64,000 bases of DNA from Octopus vulgaris (lineage: Eukaryota), in the NCBI GenBank assembly GCA_951406725.2, contig OX597828.1, positions 60,016,001-60,080,000 on the forward strand, in the 5' to 3' direction. A model generated the notes under the pieces. The model was not told the DNA's origin. It saw only the letters and a program-made list of their open reading frames with translations, and made no database searches. Shown one piece after another: positions 55,988 to 64,000 of this stretch. A program made the position numbers and the translations under genes. Within the stretch, counting starts at the first letter, position 1; the number at the start of each line of letters is the position of its first letter.

Positions 55988-56353
55988 CGTTGTACAAAAC
56001 TGTAGATGAACTGTTTATGAAGTATAATCACGTGTTTTCACGAATGTACTAACGAGATTTGCTCTGATATTCTCATTTAAATATGAATAGGTAATTACGG
56101 GCGGTTTTGGGCGGCTTGGTCACATGGATCAAAATTGGGGGGGGGGGGCAGTTTGGTAACGAAAGGGTTAAACGCTTTAGGCCAAAAAATCATAGGTGTT
56201 ATAATAATTATAAGTATAAACTTCCTACTCCCGAGACTTCTAATACAATTAGAAATTCTAAATGCAGAATACGTGAAATTATTTGGTTTGCCACTCCTTT
56301 CTCACTTAGGGTTAGGAATCTACTTTGATTGTTTTTTAAAATCTTACAATCTA

Positions 56354-57654
56354 TCAGGTCATCCCATAAAGTCGTCCCATAAGTTCTGGTCATCCCGTAA
56401 GTTCAGGTCATCCCATAAGTTCTGTCCGAATTTTGAATAAAGAAAACAAGTGATCAAATGTTATATTTAATTGAAATTTAATAATCTATGTAATTTCCCT
56501 GATTATCTATGACTTCCTTCCATCTATTTATAAGCTTTTTAATCCCATCAACGTAAAACTCTTTTGGTTTCAAAGCGAAAAACTCTGAAATGTCAGTTTC
56601 GACCTCCTCCTGGCTTGCGAAAGTTATGTCCCCAAATGCTTCTGTAAACTACAAAACAAATGGTAGTCTGAAGGAGCAAGGTCAGGAAAATAAGGTGGGA
56701 GAAATTTTTTCCCAACCAAGCTCTTTGATCTTCTGTGATGCACTGTCCTGATGAAACGGCACTCCTTTTCGATTCACTAAAGTGGGTCTTTTTTTTCTTC
56801 AAAGTTTGGTTTAAATGCTCTAATTGCTGACACTAGACTTGAGCATTGATTGTTGCATTAGGTGGTAACAATTCAAAGTGATTTCTCCTTTGTAATCCGT
56901 CCAGATAGAGAGAAGAACCTTTTTTCCATGAAGTTCCCTTCTCGCTTGCAGTTGAGCTTTTTCCCTTTTACCAAGCCACTGTTTACGACGTTTAACATTT
57001 CGATAGAAGTTCCATTTTTCATCACAAGTCTATCCAAAAAGGGTGAAATGAGTTCACGAGAATGGAGAGAAGAGCAGATGTCAACTCGGGGTTTGCGGTT
57101 CCCTTTGGACAATTCACGAGACACCCATTTTCCAAGTTTAGGAACCTTTCCAAGTTGTTGAAGATGACGATAAACAGTTGTATGGTTTGAACTATGTTTT
57201 ATTGCCAATTCTTCAACTGATAATGCAGGATTTTCTTCAAGTAATGCCTCAAGGAGCTTATCATCAAACTCAACTGGACGTCCTGTTCGATCTTCATCTT
57301 GAAGGCTGAAATCTCCACTTCTGAATTTTGCAAACCAACTTCTGCAAGTTCTTTCATTCAAGCATTCTTTCCCATAAACTGAGTGTATATTTCGCATTGC
57401 TTCAGCTGCAGAGTTTCCTTTTTGTACTCATAAAGCATTCTGTGCCTCAAATGCTCTTTGGATACTTCCATGTTAGAAAGGGTTTTAATCAAAGAAATTT
57501 TGATTCTATTATTCTGTAAAATATTTAATTAGTTTAAATGTACACAGATGCATAAAAATAATTTTAAATTCCATTAGACATTCTAAAATACTATTAAATT
57601 TCATTCAATTTCTAAAAAAGGTAAAAATCAGACAGAACTTATGGGATGAACTGA
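56354..57654 (-). mobile_element. Mariner with decayed transposase (ATG at 57471) and stuttered left TIR
   Basis: TA|tcaggtcatcccataa... and ...cagaacttatgggatgaactga|TA; WFAKFRSGDFSLQDEDRTGRP; removal rejoins Penelope sequence. Confidence 0.9.
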
Positions 57655-59100
57655 TACCTTCCTGAAGTATCACAAATATTATGCCATTTCTAATAAATCT
57701 ACTGTAAAATTCTCACATTCTGCAATACCTAACTTAGGAACAATAATAGCTTCTATAAATAGGGATAAAATTTAATGTATCATGAATAAGGACAACAATA
57801 GTGTAACTAATAACGATAACTTAAGGGAAGAGCTATATACTGATGAAATAAAGGATATAGCTAAAAATCAGGACAACAATAATGCTTTAAAACTAGCATA
57901 ACATACTAATGGAAATAAGGGTAACACCAAGGTATCAACCCCAAATACTAATATAACAAATAGTAATAATCAAACTTTAATGAATTAGAGTTATACCCCA
58001 ATCTAATGATATTGATAATGCTGGCAATATAAAAAAGAACATTAATAGTAGTGCGCCACTGAATAAAATATGTAACTTCAGGATCCCCAAAACCTGTCCA
58101 CTTATAGGATCATGTCTTTGATACAGTGTTGTGTATAAATGTATAGTAAGCATACCCAATAGACAAAACAAGATATATAGGTAGTACAATAGATTTCAAA
58201 AGGAGATATAGGGCCCATCTGAATTCCTTTTCAACCCTAAGTATAAGAATTCTACTACCTTAGTGGCCTATATAAATAAACTTAGGAATATAACTTATTT
58301 TATGGCCTCTCATGGTCCATAATTGTGAGGGCTCCCTCATATGGTAATGGTTCCGATAGGTGTACATTGTGTGTAAGAGAATCGTATCTAATCCTTAAAT
58401 TATAAAATGCTAATATGTTAAATATGTTTTCAGATGTGGTTCCCTCATGTAGCCATAAATTTCACTTGACATTTCTAAAAACCTATAAAGTTAAATCTAC
58501 TAAGTAATTGAATTAGAATCATGTTTATATGTATAATTGTGATTCCCAAGTATTTGGATACTTCCTCTCATAGCAAACTTGTGATCATTTGCATACAAGC
58601 TGTAAAACATTTTATTAGGAATTTTTGAAATAGCTGTAGATGGAACATCCTCCAATGTTTGGATCCTATTTTATTTATGTTTTCCTTAACCTTGATATCT
58701 AACATAATTTCTATTTTATATTCTGTATGTATAGACAATATAGGCAGTTTGCCATTTTAAAAGTTGACATTTTTATTCCTATATTTATCAACCTCTCATT
58801 CACTTTGAACCTCCTATATTTATCATACATAACTCCTTACATGTAAATTTTATTTATATGTAATTTTATATGTGTTTTTATATATTTCTTCTATATTTTC
58901 ATGTATGTTTGGTTTTATTCTTCATACCCTTGGAGAATCTTCATGTTTGTACATGCATCATTTACGTTAATGTGTATAAATATATATGATTCAACTACTT
59001 GATTGAATGTTTTCATTTATGCGTTTGGGAATCTGTTTGCCTATGATTTGCATTTTCAATTTTCTCTACTCTCTATTATATATATATGTGTATGTATATG

Positions 59101-59141
<41 letters not shown>

Positions 59142-59239
59142 ATACATACAAACATACAACTTTTTGTCCACTTCAGCAAAGTAAATATATACGTGCTGTT
59201 GACAATTTCTTTTTCTTCTTTGGATTTTTTCCTTTCTCA

Positions 59240-59272
59240 TTTCTGATGAAGAGCTATGCTCGAAACATCAAA
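59240..59272 (+). ncRNA. Minimal hammerhead-like motif
   Basis: UUU-CUGAUGA-A-GAGC-UAU-GCUC-GAAAC-AUC-AAA: canonical core, very short stems. Confidence 0.55.
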
Positions 59273-59361
59273 AATTCTCTTTTTACTAAGCATCAAACTA
59301 ATACATTCCTTGTGCACGTCTACTTGTTGTCTGTTAATTTTATTGTTCGTTTATTTGAATT

Positions 59362-60614
59362 TCATCATCATCATCATTTAGTTTCCGTTGTCCCTGCTGT
59401 CGTGGGTTGGATGGCTTGACCAGGGCTGGCAAGCAGCAAGGCTGCTCTAGGCTCCAGTTTGATGTGACATGGTTTCTATGGCTGGATGCCCTTCCTAACG
59501 CCAATCACTCCAAGATTGTAATTGGGTGTTTTTACGTGCCACCGGCATGAATGCCATTTGTGTGACACCAGTACCTGCCATGACTGCAATTTTGCTCAGC
59601 TTGATGGGTCTTCTTCTCGAGCATGACAGTGCCAACGGTCTCAGCCATTGCCTCTGAGTGGCCCAACATTCAAAAATAGTTCAACCACTTTCCCTCTGTG
59701 GTACCCAACACTCAAGAGAAGCTCGGCCACTTTGCCTCCATGAGGCCCAATGCTTGGAAAGGTGCTCTTTACGTGACACAAGCATCAGCAACAACTAAAA
59801 TTTTGCTTGGCTTGACAGGTCTTCTCAAGCACAGCATATCACCAATGATCTTGGTCACTAGTCATTGCCTCTGTGAGACCTAAAGTTCGAAGATCATGCT
59901 TCATCACCTCATCCCATGTCTTCCTGGGTCTACCTCTACCACGGGTTCCCTCCACAGGTAGAGATTGGCACTTCTTTACACAGCTGTCCTCATCCATACA
60001 CATCCAGTTGTCTCTCTTGCACACCACATCTGTTGCCTCTTATGCCCAACTTTTCTCTCAAGATGCTTGCACTCTGTCGAACATGCACACTGACATTGCA
60101 CATCCAGCGAAGCATACTGGCTTCATTTCTTTGAAGCCTATGCATGTCCTTGGCTGTCACAGCCCATGTTTCACTGCCATGTAGCATAGCTGTTCGCACA
60201 CAGGCATCATATAATCTACTTTTCACTCTGAGAGAGAGAGGCTCTTTGTTGCTAGTAGAGGTAGAAGCTCTCTGAACTTTGCTCAGCCTAATCTTATTCC
60301 CACAGCTATGCTCTCAGAGCATCCACCTCTGCTACTAACTTGGTCACCTAAATAATGGAAGCTATCTACTACCTCTAACTTGCGCCCCTGGCAGTTGATA
60401 GTCTATTTTCTGCACATTTTTGGTGTTTATTGTACCTGTGCATCTTCCACTTACAAAAGCTATTTTCCCTGTTAACTATCCTCTGATATTGCTACACCTT
60501 TTATATGTCCAAAGCTTACACTGGGTGCATCAGATCGAGCAGGGCCGTTTACTTGAAGGGATTTGCAATTTATCTGCCTTCCTACTTAGACTTTGTTGTT
60601 TGCTTGGTTAACTC
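59362..60614 (-). mobile_element. Decayed RTE 3' portion with tail
   Basis: RLYDACVRTAMLHGSETW, GRGRPRKTWDEV, (CAT)n tail. Confidence 0.88.
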
Positions 60615-61524
60615 TGTAGCAATAGCCATTTTAGCCATTTTGAAATATGGCGCGAATTGGCAATATGACATAATGTCATATTGCAGAAGAATTATTATTT
60701 TCGTTTTTTCAATTGGTTAATATAACTGCTCATATAAAGATTCTAAAAAGTTTCGTAAAGAATATTTGTAATGGATTTCGATTCTTTTAAGTCAAGTTGA
60801 GCAGTTATAAAAACCCTGGATTTGGGGAAAAACTTTGAGACATTGGTGATTTTATCCCATGTCCAAAGAAAATAATCACAAGTCTATTTTGATTTGTTGA
60901 TTAATCTATTAGTTAGATTTACGAATTAGTTAATGAATATATAGTCGTTCTTCTACACGACGAAAATTGTCTTTCCTTTCTAATGTAAATAATATAAAAT
61001 GTTATATTTATATATTAAAACTAATCAAGAAATGTTTTCTCTTCACGCTTTTTCAACTGTGTATAAATATGCATTTCTGTAATCATTAAATTATATTTTC
61101 GTATAGCGGTTAAATGAACACGAAGAAAATATTATACATGTCGTTAATATTCGTAGCGTTTCATGAGTATATTTCTCTATGGCGTTAAATACTTTAGTTC
61201 GGATTTGTGTATAATGATTACACTTAAGTTATAAGTGACGTTTTAATCATTATATTCCCCCTTACTCAAAAAAAGCCAAATAAAATAATATAACCTAAGA
61301 GAAAGCTTAAGGTAGCATAATAAACCGCTAAAACTCTAAGGCCTTTCTATTCTAGACCTTGCTTCCATACCTAAAACTTCTGCTCTAGTTCTGGTAGTGA
61401 TTTTGCTATATGTATATTCAAACCAAGACTGGAATTTATGGTAATATTTTTAATTCTGTGGATACAGTTCTTTTGATTCGACATGGAAAATATATTTCAT
61501 GAGCATAACTTTTATCATAATCGG

Positions 61525-63640
61525 CATCATCAGCATTTAATGTCCATTTTCCATACTGGCATGGGTTAGCTGGTTTGACAAGAGCTAGCAAACCAAAGGA
61601 CTGCACCAAGCTCTATTGCCTGCTTTGGTATGGTTTCTACAGCTGGATGCTCTTCCTAACACCAACCACTTTACATTGTATACTAGATGGTTTTTATGTG
61701 CCTCCTGCACCAGCCACCTATGGAGGTAGTCTTTGGTAAATTAACTCTGGCCTTTTAATTCCACACCAGAAATTTTTCTCTTATTGTAGTAGAGATTCAG
61801 CTGTAAGTACACAGTCATCAGAATAGATGCGCTCTAGAGGACAACCAGCTTTAAATTCCTCTGTAATGGACTGGAGGACTATGATAAACAAGAGGGGGCT
61901 GAGACCTGGTGAACTGCTACCTCCACACTAAATTCATTGCTATATTCATTGCTGACTTTCACTTTATTGACAGTATTCCTTGAACAGCTTTCACCAACCA
62001 CTCTTCTACCCTTGGTGTCTACATTGAGCATGAGATGAGAGAGTTAGGGAGTCTGTCAAAGGCTTTCTCCATGTCAACAAATGCCAAGTACAGAGGTTTA
62101 TTTTTGGTTAAGTACTTGTCTTACAGATGCTTTATTACCAGGAATATAACATCAGAAGTGCTTCTCTCTGGCACAAAAACAAACTGCATCTCATCTAGGC
62201 TAGCTGTCTTCCTAATTAGTTGAGCTATGACCCTTTCTGTAACTTTCATCACCTGGTGCTGTACCTTAATAACTGTAAGTACTTCTGTTTAAGGCATTAC
62301 CTATCCCTTTGTAGCAGTTGAATATAATGCTGCTACACCAGTCATTGGGTATGATCACTTCCTGGACAACCTGATTAACTAGATTATATCCCACCCCATC
62401 TCAATGATAATTCCTGATGAGCTAGGAACTTTCTTTGTCTTCATACTTCATACTCGAATCGCTTCCTAATGTGGGTTCACAATATGGAAGACACTCATTT
62501 TCCCATGCATTCTCTATGCTTGGCAGCCTTCCAGAGTGACGCTTCCATGCCTCTTTTATTTCCAGAGTTACCAAGTGCAAGTGTACCATCCAATTGAACA
62601 CACTTCTCTCTTATTTCCCCTGACTCACTGTCTTACAATCGAGAACACCTCAAGCCTCTGCTCCTCATGCCACAAAATATTGCAAGCTTCCTTCTTTCTG
62701 CTTCTCCCCAAGCTAAATGTACATATCACCTAACTTCCTTTCTAGCTATCTTGTATAGTTCTCTGCTACATCCACTCTTCCAGACCTTCCAACCCTGTTT
62801 CTTTGCTCTTATGGCCCTGTCTACTACACCATTCCACACCTGTGACATCTTATATGTTGTTGAGGCTTTGCACTCACCACAAATTTGGTCTATAACCCTT
62901 AGTACTATATCCCAAAGGAACTTCCAGTTGTCCTCTATGTCATATGTCATTATCTTCTCTTCCTTCTTGTAAAATGCTTCATGTAAGATGTCTCTACATC
63001 TCTGTCTATTCATAGGATCCTTAAACTTCCTTCTTTTCTAGACTGGTTTGCTTCTTGGAATCCTTCTAGACTGAGGTCTGAATTCACTAATGTCTAGCCT
63101 GTGTTGAGGAGCACATTTTCACATGGGAAGGTCTTTTCATTTTTGAGCAACCATCTATTCTGCTTTATGATGAATGGGGTCACCAGATCATTAGGTCATG
63201 CGCATCACAGAACTTCAGTATCTATGTTGCCTCCACATTTCAGAAACCAACTCCATAGCCTCCATGCACACCATAGAAGCCACCTACATGCTGCCCAACA
63301 TGCCCATTGAAGTCACCATCCACAAAGATAAGGTCACTGTCATTTGTTTTCAAGGTAGCCTGCAAAAGGGTATCATAAAGTCATTCCTTTTGTTCATCTG
63401 GCAATCCAATTTGAGGATCATAGGCAGAAATTATAGTTGATATTAGTCTACGCATACTTATCACACACTCTAGCCACCTCAATCACTTTATCCACCTATT
63501 TCTCAGCTAGAAATATGCCTACGTCAACCACCTTTATTACCTGTCCAGAAGATTTTATACCTCTGTTTTTTGCCTGTGATGAACTTGGCTGAAGCTCCCC
63601 TCCACATCACTTGTATGCAACACTATCTACACTCCTTAAA
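61525..63640 (-). mobile_element. RTE tail fragment (61525-61715) plus decayed RTE body (endonuclease to RT)
   Basis: GDFNGHVG, AIRAKKQGWK, VDMEKAFD, YSDDC on minus; homologous to 3112-5990. Confidence 0.82.
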
Positions 63641-63659
63641 TGGGCTGGACATGCAACAC

Positions 63660-63980
63660 TGGCATCAGCCATGGCTGCGATCTCACTTTAGTTGCCGGGT
63701 CTTCTCAATCACAGCAAACCTCCAAAAGTCTCGGTCTCCTGTCATTGCCTTATGAGGCGAATGTTCGAAAGTCATGCTTCACCACCTCATCCCATGCCTT
63801 TCTGGGTCTACCTCTTCCACAGGTTCCTTCCACAGTTAGGGTGTGGCACTCCCTCACACAGCTGTCCTCATCTATATGTAACATAGCTGTACCAGCGCAG
63901 TCGTCTCTCATGTCCAACTTTTCTCTCAGAGCGCTCACACTCTGTCATGTATGCACACTGACATTACACATCCAGCGGAT
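63660..63980 (-). mobile_element. RTE ORF 3'-end fragment
   Basis: TLTVEGTCGRGRPRKAWDEVVKHD. Confidence 0.8.
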
Positions 63981-64000
63981 GTGTAATGTTACCAGCAGAA

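Larger units (their letters stand above)
51295..56167 (-). mobile_element. piggyBac-like deleted element with TTAA target duplication
   Basis: TTAA|CCATTTCGTTAC ... GTAACGAAAGGG|TTAA. Removing it rejoins the Penelope frame (QPHV-KRFRPK). Minus-strand YHNQGRILFFD...SSVKLAVD at ~52045-52109 resembles a piggyBac catalytic segment. Confidence 0.8.
50300..59360 (+). mobile_element. Decayed Penelope-like element (Naiad-like), split by nested insertions
   Basis: TLRDHK..F...P.IRICPAKSDLG (~50360), FLDVTLDL...RKPNQ...YIN.SSNHP, IIWFATPFS (~56280), CPLIGSCL..SVVYKC, CTLCVRE (58070-58460); hammerhead motif near 59250 marks a likely terminal repeat. Confidence 0.78.

Noticed and set aside
58119-58121. 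In-frame TGA in the Naiad-like endonuclease region as possible selenocysteine
   Set aside because: It is not at a conserved Cys position (the neighbouring Cys codons are TGT), and the copy has many other lesions.
60607-61749. TTAACTCTG direct repeat as a TSD
   Set aside because: Both occurrences are the same RVN coding segment in two overlapping RTE copies.

Overview
Eukaryotic (animal) genomic DNA. The repeat content suggests an octopus or other cephalopod, but that is inference. Two short + strand exons (226-319 and 47299-47403) splice in frame into consecutive LRR segments of a SHOC2/Sur-8 homologue, so almost the whole window is intron: one of ~47 kb and the start of the next. The introns are packed with (TA)n-type microsatellite arrays, which produce the spurious YIYI ORFs, and with nested mobile elements: several RTE LINEs, a Helitron, Penelope-like elements, three copies of a CR1-group LINE, an RLE-type non-LTR remnant, two mariners, a maT-like remnant, a piggyBac-like element and tRNA-type SINEs. 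The most notable points: (1) the CR1-group LINE has an unusual trihelix Myb/SANT-like plus CCCH-finger ORF1, all three copies sit in (TA)n arrays, and its 3' hairpin is shared with a SINE through compensatory changes; (2) there are many hammerhead-ribozyme-like motifs of several architectures in Penelope-type terminal repeats; (3) many fold-back and inverted repeats would form dsRNA in the host pre-mRNA; (4) two RTE insertions look twin-primed, one carrying three C-terminal C2H2 fingers. All family assignments come from motif recognition by eye; no database searches were run.
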